Shown here one piece after another: positions 24,026 to 35,853 of a DNA stretch of 64,000 bases. The stretch's first letter is position 1, and each line of letters begins with the position of its first letter. A program made the translations under genes and the position numbers. The DNA is from Rebecca billardiae RCC1528 (Eukaryota > Protista > Haptophyta). The stretch lies in NCBI GenBank assembly GCA_965240325.2, contig OZ251237.1:1054001-1118000 (forward strand), written 5' to 3'. The notes beneath the pieces were generated by a model. The model was not told the DNA's origin and ran no database searches. It worked only from the letters and a program-made list of their open reading frames with translations.

Positions 24026-26579
24026 CTAGCCGTCACCGCGCATGATCAGCACGGCGGCGTCGTCGTCGTCGACGTCGCCCATCCCGACCTCGCCCATCCC
24101 CAGCTCCAGCTCCAGGCTGCGCGGCGCGAGGTCGTACGCGCCGTGGGCGGGCATCATCGCGCCGAGGAGCATCGGGTCTGAGACCGCCTCCCACGCGCCC
24201 GCGGCGTCGTGCGGCATGCGCAGGGCGCTGCTGAACGGCGCAGCGTCGTCCTCGGCCGACGGTTGCGCCGGTGGCCGCGCCCACTGCTGCTGCGGCTGCT
24301 GCTGCACCGCCGCCGCGCCGATGGGCACCGCCACCGCCCGTCTGTCCGCCGCCATCGCCGCCGCCGCCTCGCCTGTGGCGCCGTTCGCGCCAGCCTCCAT
24401 CTCGGAGGCTGCACGCTTTGTCGCCTTCGCCTTGCCGCGCCCCTTGCTACCGTCGCCGCCGCCGCCCTTGCGCAACTCGCGCGCCCGCGCCTCGACCACC
24501 GCCGCGCCGCCCTGCAGGAAGGGCTGCAGCGCGCTCTCCTGCTGCGCGCTGCACGCCGCGAACGGCTCCGGCAGCTCGCGGCGCGCGGCGAGCAGCGCGC
24601 GCAGCGCGCGAGCGCGCACGCGCGCGCTGCAGTGCAGCGAGAAGAGCGGCGATCGCTCCCTGCCGAGGAGCTCGACGAAGAGCGCGGGCACGTCGATCTG
24701 CCGCACGACCGGGCGCAGCGGCGCGCACTCGATCATCTGGAACAGCGCGAGCGCCGCCGTCTCCGCGACCGCGTGCTCCTTGGCCTCGAGGCCGCCCAGC
24801 ACCGCGCGCAAGAGCGCGGCCGAGAGCTGCGGCGCCGCGGCCGCGACCACGTGGTCGAGCGCGCAGATGTTGCACAGCAGCGCCATCGCGAGCTGCGAGG
24901 CGGCGCACGCCGGCGTGCGCGCCGCCAGGCGAGGGAGGGGCAGGCGCGGGCGCGGATGAGCGTGCGCGTGGCGGTGTGCGCGCGCGAGCGCATGCTGGCG
25001 CCCGCCCGAGCGCCGCCGCGCCGCGCGCGCGCGTCACCTGCACGAGCATGCTGTCACGCTCGGTCAGCATGTTCGCGACGTGCCGCAGGATGCCCAGCTG
25101 CACCATGGACTCGCACGCCTGCGCGCTCGTCGAGAGCGTGACGGTGAGCGCGGCCGCGCGCTTGCGCACCGACTGCGCCGCCTGCCACTGCGTCGGACCG
25201 TCCGATCGCCCCTCCTCCGTGTCTTCCAGATCCGGCTCGGCGCCCGCGCCGCCGTCGCCGAGCTCGATCGCCACCTCGCGGTCGAGATGCTGCAGCAGCT
25301 TGGCGAGGAGCACGCCGCCCGACGTGCGCACGAGCTGCGCGCACGCCTCCGCGCCGCCGCTCGCCAGGTTGTGCAGCAGGCAGAGCGAGCGCAGCGTCGG
25401 TCGGAAGAGGCCAAAGCTGATCGCTCGGCTCACGCGCTCGAGCACGCCCGCGCGCAGCAGCGGCTCGTGCGCCGACGGGTCGAGCGCGAGGTTCTGCAGC
25501 ACGCCGAGCGCGTCGACGAGCAGCGAGCCGGCGGCCGGCGGCGCCGCGCCATCCGCGCAGCCCGCGCGCGCCGGCGTGCCGCCCGCCGCGCTGAGCAGCG
25601 GGCGCGCGTCGAGCGCGCGCACGAGCCCACCGATCGCGCCCGCGCGCGCGCACAGCCGGAGCCGGCAGCCGCTGTTGTGCGTGAGCGCGAGCAGGATGCG
25701 CATCGCCTGCGCGCAGCCCGGCGCGTCGAGCGCGCACGCCACCTCGCTCACGCTCTCGACCGCGCCGGCGACGAGCAGCGCGTAGTGGCTCGCTGGCTCG
25801 CGCGCGCACTCGTCCGAGATCCGCGCGAGCACCTCCGGCACCGCCTCAGCGCACGGCCCGGCCGAGCGCAGCGCGACGCGGAGCTCGTGCGCGAGGGGCA
25901 CCCAGCGCGCGCAGCGCTCGCGCAGCTGCACCTCGTCCTCGTTCAGCCACTGCCACTCCACGGCGGAGAGGTCCACCCACTCGGACGGCCCGGAGTTCAT
26001 CCGGACGCGCACGCTCGTCGGCTTGCTCAGCCGCACCGCCTCGATGCGGCCGGCGAACTCGAGCTGCATCTCGCCGATGAAGTAGTACGCGACGAGCCAG
26101 CGGCCGACCGAGTCGGCGGTCGGCGCCTCGTTCACGCCCTCCCACCACTCGGGCAGCTCGATCCAGATGCGCGGCTTCGCCGCGCGCGCCACGCGCTTCG
26201 CCGAGGAGGCGGGCCTGTTGCCGCCCGACGCGAGGTGCGCGCCGTCGCTGCCATTCGCGCCCGCATCGGATTCGCTCCGGCCGCCGGTGGACTTGCTCTT
26301 GCCCGTGCGCGTGCGCGTCTGCGCCCGCTCGTTGGGCGTGCTCGGCGGCCCCTCGCCGCTCCCCGCCGCCTCGTCAGGCGGCTGCTGCGCGGGCGCGGGC
26401 GCTGCGGCCGGCGCTTCGGCCGGCGCTTCGGCCGGCGCTTCGGCCGGCGCTTCGGCCGGCGCGTCGATGGCCGCCGGGGCAGCCGCCGGCGCGGCCTCCG
26501 CAGGCGACGCGGCCTCCGCAGGCGACGTGGGCACGTAGACGCCCACGTCCGCCGACCTGCGCACGCGCCTGCTGTCCAT
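24026..26579 (-). CDS. armadillo-repeat protein with possible N-terminal Tudor-like domain
   Basis: Exons 26579-25038 and 24892-24026 are in frame. ARM-like helices (ALGVLQNLA, SLCLLHNLA, AMALLCNIC), APAE repeats, and a beta-rich segment VGRWLVAYY..FAGRIEAV..VRVRMNSGPSEWVDL. Confidence 0.7.
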
Positions 26580-26653
26580 GAGCCCGGTGCGTGTGCTGCT
26601 CGGAGCGCCGCGGCGAGCACGCCGCGAGCGCGCCACAGCTCGAAGTGCCCACC

Positions 26654-28308
26654 GGCTTGGGGAGCAAACCCTCAGGATCGGGCGATGGCGACCAATCTGA
26701 CCCGCACCACGCGCGCTGCGCAGGCTGATGCGCGGCCCTCGCGGCGCGCACGCCCGCGCGCGCTGGGCGGATGGCACCGGGAGACATGGAGGATCATCCC
26801 CGTCCCTTCTCGCCTCGCACTCTCGCCTCTCTCCGCCGCGCAGGACCTGTTGCATTCCGCCCGGCCCGGCCCGGGCGGCGGCCACGCGCTCTTGAGGCTG
26901 CGCGCGTGGCCCATCCAGGGCGAGTTTCGAGGCGCTCTCGAGCTTGGCACGTCGGGGCATATACATGGGCAACTGCTGCAAGCGCGCTCGCCCGTGCGCG
27001 CGGCGAGTCGCCGGCGCTGGGCGATCTACTGAGGGTCGTGCAGTGTCGCAACTTCAGCCGTCGACAGCTGCCATCCGCGTAGGGTTGCGTGCGCGCCCAC
27101 TTACGGTCACGTCGGCGCGTCGAGGTGGGCAGATTACGGCCTATAGATGCTGCTACGATCATAGTAGGCGGCGTCGATCGCGAGCGTGCGTGCGGTAGCC
27201 TGAGCTGAGGCGCCGGTCGGTGCGCCGCGGCCGCCGGCGGCGCCGGGCACGACGACCTGAGTCAGAGGCGGCCGCAGACCGGGCGAGCGTGGTCGTGCGT
27301 TCGCTCAGGAGCTGATGGCGGCAGTCGTCGACGGCGACGGGGCGGGCGCTTGTGCGCGAGGCTCGTCGTGGCCTGCAGCTTCGGCGAGCGTGCACTTCGT
27401 GCCGACGTGCGTGAGGATCAAAGCCTTGCTACAGGTTCGGGCGACATGCGTGCCCCACCGACGCGCCGCCGCCGCCGGCCGAAGCGAGGCGGCGGCTGCG
27501 CGCGCCTGCGCGCGTAGCTCGAGCTCATGCGCCTTGGCCGGGAAGCTCGCGCCCATGCCTTACAAGGCTGCGGCGATCGCGGCGAGCTCCGGGGGCGCTC
27601 GGCGCGCAGCGCGGGCGCAGCTTGGCCGACCATCTTGCCATGCGCGAGCAGGTGCTGCACGACGGTGAGCACGGCGTCGGCGGTCATCCATGGCACCTGC
27701 GACAGATGCTGGCGACCGGACATATGCCTCGCCGCACGCTGAGCCTCGGCCAGCTGCCAGCGGTGCGTCTGGGTATTGAGCAGCAGGTAGTGAGTCGGCG
27801 CCGTCAGTTCAGCGGCGCCGAGGCGCACGCCTTGCAGGAGCCGGCCGTCCACAAAGCACACGCGGCTGGTGAAGTTGTGCGGGAGCCACTGCGGCGCGAA
27901 GATGGCAAAGAGTAGGCGGCCAGGCGCCTGCGCATGCCACGCGCTCGGCAGTGCGGCCTCGTTGTCCGCCGTGAGCGCGAGCGCGTACACGTCGAGGCCG
28001 CCGGCCGAGCCGATGACGACGAGCTCAGCGTCCCACTGTCCAGGGTCGCCGTCTTCGATGAGGAGGTCGATCTGGGGCAGAGATGGCAGCGCGGCGCTCG
28101 CCTGACCCTCGTCAGACTGCGCGCTCATCCGCGCGGCAGTTTCGAGCAGCGTACCTCCCGCCGTCAGCGCCGCAGGGCAGCGGCGGCCACAACCTCGCGA
28201 GGGCCGAGGTCCAACGGACTGGCAGAGGCGGGCAGGGGTGCGCCGCGACGGGGGGGGGGGTCGCGGCGCACCTCGCTCGCCCGATCCTGAGGGTTTGCTC
28301 CCCAAGCC
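26654..28308. mobile_element. candidate TIR-bounded element, 1655 bp
   Basis: Perfect 32-bp inverted repeats GGCTTGGGGAGCAAACCCTCAGGATCGGGCGA (26654-26685) and its reverse complement (28277-28308). ACC lies directly outside both ends. Confidence 0.5.
27418..28128 (-). CDS. hypothetical protein (3' end uncertain)
   Basis: ATG 28128 (MSAQSDEG). The first ~165 aa look globular with normal composition; the tail becomes Arg-rich, suggesting an intron or frameshift into the 27305-27556 frame. Confidence 0.5.
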   Translation of the reverse strand: MSAQSDEGQASAALPSLPQIDLLIEDGDPGQWDAELVVIGSAGGLDVYALALTADNEAALPSAWHAQAPGRLLFAIFAPQWLPHNFTSRVCFVDGRLLQGVRLGAAELTAPTHYLLLNTQTHRWQLAEAQRAARHMSGRQHLSQVPWMTADAVLTVVQHLLAHGKMVGQAAPALRAERPRSSPRSPQPCKAWARASRPRRMSSSYARRRAQPPPRFGRRRRRVGGARMSPEPVARL

Positions 28309-28409
28309 ACCGGTGTGCGCCGCAGCGCCTGCCCGCCTCGCTGGTGACGCCAGCAAGCGGTCCGGATCGTCCAACCGGACTGCCGCGCGGTTGCCACGAC
28401 CGGCGCGCA

Positions 28410-30227
28410 ATGCCGGGAATCAACCCTCGCACGGACGGGGGCGCCGACGGGGCGTCAATGGGCGCCGACATACCAGCAGACACGCGGCTGAAACGGCGTT
28501 ACGGGCCGCTCACGCTCACGCTCCTCGGCATTGGCGCATCGGTGGGCTCGGGCATCTTTGTCGTGACCGGCTTTGCCGCGCACCGCGCTGGGCCCGCGGT
28601 CGCTGCCTGCTTTGCGGCCTCCGCAGTCATCTGCGCAGCCAACGGCCTGTGCTACGCCGAGCTCGCCTCGCGCTTCCCCGTGAGCGGCGGGATCTACGTG
28701 TTCACGTACAACACCTTTGGCCGGCTGCCCGCGCTGATCGTCGTCGTCAATCTCCTGATCGACTACTACGTAGGTGCAGCCGTGCTCGCGCGGAGCTTCG
28801 TCTCGTACGCGCTCGTGTCGATGCCCGCCTCGTGGACCTGGCTCGCCGTGATCCCGGTGAACGGGCTTCTCTCCCTCAGCTTCACCGCGCCGTGCGTCAC
28901 GCTGCTGCTCACAGGCTGGCTCGCGCGCGGCGCCGCGCACGGCACCTCGCTGAACAACGCGCTGACGGCGCTCAAGCTGACCGTCGTGCTGCTCGTGCTC
29001 GGCGCCGGCGCGCGGCTGATCACGCCCGCGCTCTGGTCGCCGTTCGTCCCGTCGGACGTCGGCGCCGTGGAGCTGCTCCAGGTGAGCGCCCTCGTCTTCT
29101 TCTCGTACACCGGCTTCGACGCGATCGCGAACGCGGCCGAGGAGTGCGTCGAGCCGCAGCGCAGCATCCCGGTGGCAATCGTCGCGTGCGTGTGCGTGTG
29201 TGCGGTGCTGTACGTCTCCGTCTCGCTGCTGATCATCGGCGTGGTGCCGCGCGCCGAGATTGACATCTCGGCGCCCATCGCGCAGATCTTTGCGGACGGC
29301 CGCGGCGTCGGGTGGGAGGTGCCTGTCGTCTCGCTCGGCGCAGCTGTGGGCCTGCTGACCACACTGCTGGTGGGTATGTACGCGCAGGCGCGCACCGTGC
29401 TCGGCCTCGCGCGCGACCTCTCGCCCGCGGACGACGAGCCGGCGCTGGCGTGCGGCGCGAGGCTGATGCAGGCGCTGAAGCGCGTGAGCGCGACGCGCGG
29501 CACGCCGGTGAACGCGCAGCTGCTCTGCGGCGCGATCGCGACCGCGCTCGCGGCCGTGCTGGACGTGCACCTGCTCACACGCTTCCTCTCCGCCGGCGTG
29601 CTGCTGTCGTACTGCATGGCGTGCGCGTGCGCGCTCTCGCTGCGGCTGCGCCGCGTGGACGTGCGCGCGCTGCGCCGCTGGCCCGTGGTCCTCGCCGCGT
29701 GCGCCGCATCCTGCGTGCTCGGCACGATCTTGGCCCGCGTCGGCGTCCCCGCCGGCGCGGTGGTGTGCGTGCTGCTCGCCACGCTCGCGAGCGGACACAC
29801 CGCTCTCGCGCACGCCTACACCGGGCGGCGCGAGCGTGACGCAGCGCCCGCGGCCTCGTTCAGCATGCCGCTCGTCCCGCTGCTGCCGCTCGGCGCGCTG
29901 TGCGCGAACTGCGTGCTGATTGGCAACCTGCCCTGGGAGGCGCTCGTGCGGCTCGCCGTCGTGACGCTCGCGACCGTCGCGCTGCGCGGCTGGGTGATGC
30001 GTGGCGCTCACCTGCATCCGCAGCCCCTGACGGTGCACCAAGCGGGCGACGACATCGACAATGCGCTGGACGAGGTGCTCATGCAATCGGGCTCGCCGCT
30101 CTCGGACCAGCATGGAGTCTGGTCCGAGGGCGGCACAGGCCAGGCGGGTTCGCCTCTCAGAGTCTCTGCGATGCCGTCTCAGACACCGGCACGCATCCCC
30201 GCGGCCGCACCTGCAGCAGCGAGCTGA
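28410..30227 (+). CDS. cationic amino acid transporter / APC-superfamily permease
   Basis: LGIGASVGSGIFVVTG, AGPAV, CYAELASRFPVSGG.Y, FFSYTGFDAI..AAEE..PQRSIP and many TM segments; intronless. Start at 28410 or 28458. Confidence 0.93.
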   Translation: MPGINPRTDGGADGASMGADIPADTRLKRRYGPLTLTLLGIGASVGSGIFVVTGFAAHRAGPAVAACFAASAVICAANGLCYAELASRFPVSGGIYVFTYNTFGRLPALIVVVNLLIDYYVGAAVLARSFVSYALVSMPASWTWLAVIPVNGLLSLSFTAPCVTLLLTGWLARGAAHGTSLNNALTALKLTVVLLVLGAGARLITPALWSPFVPSDVGAVELLQVSALVFFSYTGFDAIANAAEECVEPQRSIPVAIVACVCVCAVLYVSVSLLIIGVVPRAEIDISAPIAQIFADGRGVGWEVPVVSLGAAVGLLTTLLVGMYAQARTVLGLARDLSPADDEPALACGARLMQALKRVSATRGTPVNAQLLCGAIATALAAVLDVHLLTRFLSAGVLLSYCMACACALSLRLRRVDVRALRRWPVVLAACAASCVLGTILARVGVPAGAVVCVLLATLASGHTALAHAYTGRRERDAAPAASFSMPLVPLLPLGALCANCVLIGNLPWEALVRLAVVTLATVALRGWVMRGAHLHPQPLTVHQAGDDIDNALDEVLMQSGSPLSDQHGVWSEGGTGQAGSPLRVSAMPSQTPARIPAAAPAAAS

Positions 30228-30421
30228 AAAGTGAAAGTCGCGGTGCAGTCTGCCATTGGATTGACGGTGGAGGCCATCGGACTACGGCGCACTTTTGACA
30301 GATCTCAGCCGCGGGCGCGGGCTCTTACGCGGAGTCGCGACAGTCTTAGTAGGTGTGTATGGCGAACGTCACTCGGCCGATTCTGGTTTCGCGGCACAGA
30401 TAGCTGCTGAGTTTTCAAACG

Positions 30422-30709
30422 TCACCTGCTTGCCGTATCACTGGCACCACGGGTCCGCTTGATGAACTCGCGGATGCACTTGCGATACAGGAACTTCTCG
30501 TCGTCGCACAGCTCGATGTTGTACTCCTCAACGCATGCGACGTAGCGATCGAGCAGTGTTGCGCACGGCCGGCTCGAATCATGCTCACGCAGCAGCTCAG
30601 CCGTGCGTGAATCCACGCTCACACCTCGCACCTCGCTCCCCATCTCGATCCACTCCGTCTTGCGAGCCGCTTCATCCTCGTCCCCAGCGGTCGGTGCGAC
30701 GTCCGGCAT
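30422..30709 (-). CDS. small twin CX9C (CHCH) protein, likely mitochondrial intermembrane space
   Basis: C-ATLLDRYVA-C and C-DDEKFLYRK-C form an exact twin CX9C in a 95-aa ORF from MPDVAPT. Confidence 0.72.
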   Translation of the reverse strand: MPDVAPTAGDEDEAARKTEWIEMGSEVRGVSVDSRTAELLREHDSSRPCATLLDRYVACVEEYNIELCDDEKFLYRKCIREFIKRTRGASDTASR

Positions 30710-30878
30710 ATTTTGCTCATCGTCGATTACTCGATTCCTCGGTGAGTCCGGGGATCTGGAGATCGACGCTTGACTTTCCAACTTGGTGAGCAGCGGGTCC
30801 GGAGAAGCCGCCGCGGCGGGTTTCAGCGGGCGCGGGCCACCAGGCATCGAGACGTTGGCCTCACCGCTAGCAACGGCA

Positions 30879-31652
30879 ATGGAGCTGCACATGGGCATGG
30901 CGGATGCCCTCGAGGCGGACCGGCGGAAGAAGGAGGTGAATGACGCCAAGTTGCGCGCCGTCGCACAGCACGTGGATTACGACCAGTTCTGCAACCTCGT
31001 CGCCGGCGCGCATCTCAAGCCCGTCAAGCCGGTTGACAAGAACTCTGGGCGCGAGGAGTTCAACTACTTTGTCATGCCGAAGGAGAAGGCGACGGGCGTG
31101 GGGGCGGCGGGTGGCACGCGGCAGCCGAACGCGGCCCCTGCGCCCACGCTCAAGGTGCCTAAGACGGGCCTCGAATTCCACCGGATGTGGCGCCGGCAAT
31201 GCCGGACGAGTGAGGCGCGGCGCGCCTACCTCGAGCTCGTGGACACAAAGCTGCTGCCGATGATTTTCCAGTCAGAGTTCGAGCCCGACATCCTCGATGG
31301 CGTCGTGCAGACGCTTGAGGCCGTCGTCGACCCGCAAACCCTCGACGCGCGCCTCACAGCCGCGGTGGTGCCGGAGAGCGACGGCGCGCGCGACGCGCTC
31401 GCCGATGACCTGCTGCTTGCAGCCAGCTGGCTGTCGATGCTGCCGGAAGTGAACCGCTTTGAGCTGGCCCTGGAGTTTGCCTCTGAGCAGACGCGCGCCT
31501 CACTCGCCGCCCTGGCCGTGGCCCTGCGCGACAAGCGGTGCGCCAAGCTCGGCCACAGCTCCGAACGACTCGCCGCCGAGATGCGTGAGCTGCTGCGGCC
31601 GCGAGCGCTTGCGGATTGCTTTGGCCGATTTGGCGTCGAGGCAGCCGACTGA
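30879..31652 (+). CDS. CCDC103: dynein arm attachment factor CCDC103/PR46b
   Basis: Signature ADRRK..VNDAKLRAVAQ.VDYDQFCNLVAGAHLKPV, followed by an RPAP3_C-like region (PKT..EF.R.WRR, NRFELALEF). Confidence 0.9.
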   Translation: MELHMGMADALEADRRKKEVNDAKLRAVAQHVDYDQFCNLVAGAHLKPVKPVDKNSGREEFNYFVMPKEKATGVGAAGGTRQPNAAPAPTLKVPKTGLEFHRMWRRQCRTSEARRAYLELVDTKLLPMIFQSEFEPDILDGVVQTLEAVVDPQTLDARLTAAVVPESDGARDALADDLLLAASWLSMLPEVNRFELALEFASEQTRASLAALAVALRDKRCAKLGHSSERLAAEMRELLRPRALADCFGRFGVEAAD

Positions 31653-32133
31653 CAATGGCAGCCCGGCTCCCGGGGCACCTCGACCGTGCGCGTGACACGC
31701 TGACGACTCTATTGACTCGCAGTGTCAGACTCACGCCCCAGCCGCGCAGGACGCCAGGCGGAAGTACTCTGGCGCTGACCCGGTGCGGCGGTTGGCTGAG
31801 TGGAAATCCGCGCTGAATAAAAAAAGGCACCTCAAAAAGCTCAGCTGCGTCAAACCTGCCCACGAGCCTGACGATCCGGGCAACTTTTCGAGGCCTGGCA
31901 GGCGTTTCTGCCAGGCTCGACGAAGGCCACGTCTCCCGTGCCCTCGTCTCGCAACGCCTTCGTCTGGGCAGCTCGGGAGGTTACGCCAAGCTCGATGCCG
32001 AGGATTCCAAGGGCACCCTTGCACAGGATTGGTGCGTTCGGCTCGCCTCGGACCCGCAACAGCGAACTCGCTGTGCGTCTCGGCGCCAGGGCCGAGCCAG
32101 CCAGCGAGCTATCGTCATCGTCGTCGGCCCATC

Positions 32134-33890
32134 ATGATGCGCAGCGCCTCGAACCTCGTGCTCCTCCTCCTCGCCGTCGCCGCGCGCTCGTCGGTGGCGC
32201 TCCGGGCGGGCCCGTCGCGGCTGCACCTCGCGCGGCCCGCGGCACCGGTTCTCTCGCGCACGCCGGCACGCTTCGGCCCGGCGCGCGCGCTGCAGTTCTC
32301 GGATGCCGCGGCAACGCCGCTCCCGCCGCCGCCCGAGTCTTCGAACGAGGTCGAGCTGTGCGACAGCGAGGATCCGGAGGCCGTGTGCACGCTGCCCATG
32401 GGCGTGACGGTCCCGATGTCCTGGGTGCAGACCCTGAAGATCGGGCTCTGCTTCGCCACGTGGTTCTCGCTGAACGTGATGTACAACCTGACGAACAAGC
32501 GCTGCCAGAACGTCTTCCCGATGCCGTGGACGATGACGGTGGTCTCGCTGGCGGTGGGCATCCCGTACGTGCTTTTCATGTGGGCCACGGGCCTCCGCGC
32601 GCCCCCCAAGATGACGATGGAGGGCTTCAAGAAGGTCTTCCCCATCGGCTTCTTCCACGCGGTCGGCCACGCGAGCGCGGTGATTGCGCTCGGCGCGGGC
32701 GCTGTCTCGTTCGCACAGATCGTGAAGGCGGGCGAGCCGGTGTTCACCTGCCTGCTCAGCTACCTCGTGCTCGGCCAGACCTTCCCCCCGGCCGTGTACG
32801 CCACCCTCATCCCCATCATCGGCGGTGTCGGCCTCGCGTCGCTCAAGGAGCTCTCGTTCACATGGCGCGCGCTCACGGGCGCGATGATGTCCAACGTCGC
32901 GTTCGCCTCGCGTGCGGTCTACTCCAAGGCGCAGATGGACAAGCCGGTGGGCGAGAACCTCGGCGCGGCCAACCTGTACGGCGTCCTGACCATCATCGCG
33001 TACGCGCGCCGCGCCGCGCCGCGCCCCGCCGCCGCCGCCCGCCGCGCCGCGCCGCTCGCCCGCCGCGCGGCGTCTCGAGGCGCGGTCGCCCGCGACCGCG
33101 CTGGCGTGTGCGTACGCGCTGCGCGCTCACGCGCAGCCCACCCCGCACCCCTGCGCACCCGCTCTCCGCGCGCGCGCGCACAGCTTCATCCTCTCGATGC
33201 CGTTCTTCATGTACTACGAGCTCCCGGGCTTCAACGCGGCGTGGCAGTCCGCCGTCGCGCTGAAGGGCCAGTGGTGGATGCTCCGCCAGCTCTTCCTCGA
33301 TGGCTTTTACTTCTACGCGTACAACGAGGTGCGTACCGCACCGGACCGTGCCGTCTCGTCAACTGCCCGCGCCTCCGGGGCGGCATGCGCTCGTGCGAGC
33401 GGCGTGCACGGAGCCACATCCGCGGGCGTGTGTGTGTGGGTGGGTGTGTGTGGGTGTACCTCGGGTGCTCAGGCGACACACGTCGGAGCGGCGCGGGGTC
33501 CGCACCGATGCGGCGGCTCCGCGCCCGGCGCGCCCCTGCTCACGCGCGCGGCCGCGCCCCGACCCGCTGCCGCGCCGGCTCCGAGCAGGTGGCCTTCTTC
33601 ACGCTCTCCCAGGTCAACCCGATCACGCACGCGATCGGTGCGCGCAGCTGCGGCTCGCCACGGACGCGTACCCCGCCGCGTGCGCCCTCCCCGCCGCGCT
33701 CGTCGCTCACACGCGCGCGCACGCGCGCACACCCGCAGGCAACACGATCAAGCGCGTCGCCATCATCGGCGTGACCGTCCTTGTCTTCCGCAACCCGGTC
33801 TCCAAGCAGTCGCTCGTCGGCTCGGTGATCGCCATCCTCGGCGCGATGCTCTACTCGATCGTCAAGGCAAAGACGGCCAAGGCAAAGTAA
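32134..33890 (+). CDS. TPT: plastid triose-phosphate/phosphate translocator with bipartite targeting peptide
   Basis: WFSLNVMYN..NK, GAVSFAQIVKAGEPVF, LASLKELSF, YNEVAF, THAIGNTIKRV. Exons 32134-32999, 33184-33328, 33589-33637, 33739-33890. Hydrophobic signal peptide followed by an R/P/S-rich transit-like region. Confidence 0.94.
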
Positions 33891-34416
33891 GCAGTCGATC
33901 GGCGGCGGCGCGCCAGCTGGCGCAGGCGCATCTCGATTCCGAGATGCCGCCGCTGCGTCACCGGCTCGCGCGAGGCTGCGAGCGGGTGGCACTCGTCGCT
34001 GGCTCACCTGCCGAGTCCGACGATTCCGAGATGATGGCTTCGTGCCGGCGGTCACCGTGGGCGCTCGGCATCGACACCTGCATGTACTGTGCTCTGCATG
34101 ACACGCACCCGGCACCACTGCTTTCAGACATGGCTGGGCTTAGCATTATCGACCGTGATCCGTTGACTGAGTCTGAGACCGTTGCATGACGCACTCCACC
34201 GCACTGTCTTTCTCCTGATGACTTTATAATGACTGTACATGTGTGACTGTACATGTGTGAGCAGTGAGGCTGATGGCCTGATGTTCAGATCCCATCACGG
34301 GGGACGGCGGCGGGCGGCACGTCGCACACGCTCCTCCAACTGACGCATCCCGAAAAGCCAGCAGGGAAGAGGAGGCGCGGGTGGGCGCGGTCACGGATAC
34401 GTGGGCGTGCTTCACG

Positions 34417-35529
34417 ATGGCCGTGCGGCGCCGTAAGAAGCGGCGCACCCACCAGCCGGTGACCCTCGAGAATGACGGCACCCCGCGGTCGTTCGTGTTC
34501 GCCAAGGGTCGGCCCGGCCCGACCATCACCGAGCTCGTCGCCGACATCAAGCGCATGATGGAGCCGCACACGGCCTCGCGCCTCAAGGCGCGCAAGCACA
34601 ACCGCGTGCGCGACTTCATCCACGTGGCGGGCCAGTACAACGTGAACTTCCTGATGATGGTGTCGAGCACGGACAAGGCGGCGTACCTGCGGCTCGTGCG
34701 CGTCCCGCGCGGCCCGACCCTGCAGTACCGCATCCACCGCTTCTCGCTCGCGGGCGATGTCGCGTCGATCGTGCGCCGGCCGCACTCGCCAGCGAGCGGC
34801 GAGTTTGCGACGCCGCCGCTGCTCGTGATGCACGGCTTCTCGAAGACGCTCAAGCAGGACCAGCTCGCGTCGGTGATGTTCCAGAACCTCTTCCCGCCCA
34901 TCGACGTGGGCAAGATGAACATCAAGAGCTGCCGCCGCGTCGTCCTCGTGCAGCACGACTCGGAAGCCGGGCGCACGCACATCAGGCAGTACGCCATCAC
35001 CGCGACGCCGACCGGCATGTCGCGCCCGCTGAAGAAGCTGATCCGCGACGGGCCCTCGGGGAAGCTCGCGTTGAAGCTTGGCCGCCTCGAGGACATCTCG
35101 CAGCTCCTCGACCGCGACGGCTACTCCTCCGAGAGCGGCGCCGAGACCGACCTCGAGAACGAGGCCGTCACACTGCCGCAGGACTACAAGGGGCGCGGCG
35201 CGCGCAAGTCGCAGCAGTGCGCCATCAAGCTGACCGAGCTCGGCCCGCGGCTCGAGCTCGAGCTGATCAAGGTGGAGGAGGGCGTTTGCGACGGGAACGT
35301 CATCTACCACCGCTTCCACACCAAGACGCCGGAGGAGCAGGCGGCGCTCGAGGCGCGCGCGCGCGCCAAGGCCGAGACCAAGGCGGCGCGCAAGCGCGAG
35401 CAGGAGGAGAACATCCGGCGGAAGGCGGAGGCCAAGGCGGCGGAGGCGCAGGCGAGGATGGGGGCGAAGCGCAAGCGAGGCGGCGCGGTGGACGCCGAGC
35501 CGGCCGCCGATGGCAACGCCGCCGACGCG

Positions 35530-35567
<38 letters not shown>

Positions 35568-35853
35568 TGGCCGCGGCCCGGCCGCTGACGACGACGACGA
35601 CATGTCAGACGCGGAGTGGTACCGCGCTGAGGTGGGCGAGGAGCCGGACCCCGCCCTCTTCACGCATCGGCAAGACGGGGAGGGCGAGGTCAAGCGGGAG
35701 AAGTACAACCCGCTCTACGCCAAGCGGAAGAAGCACGCGGCGAAGCCTGGTGGCCGCCCCCCCGCGGCGAAGCAGGGCGCAGCCGCAGGTCGTGGCGCTG
35801 GGCGCGGCCGTGGGCGTGGCCGTGGCCGCGGCGGACGGCGCTCAGCAGACTGA
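34417..35853 (+). CDS. PPAN: Peter Pan / SSF1 Brix-domain ribosome biogenesis protein
   Basis: MEPHTASRLKARKHN..RDF, PRGPTL, MFQNLFPPI, IKLTELGPRLELELIKVEEG, WYRAEVGEEPD. Confidence 0.96.

Noticed and set aside
26658-26678. GGGGAGCAAAC..AGGAT similarity to 16S rRNA
   Set aside because: Only a short interrupted match with no flanking rRNA homology; I recognised no rRNA or tRNA genes in the window.
26685-27200. Possible plus-strand gene inside the TIR-bounded segment
   Set aside because: Several short competing frames and one acceptor-like site, but no convincing gene model.
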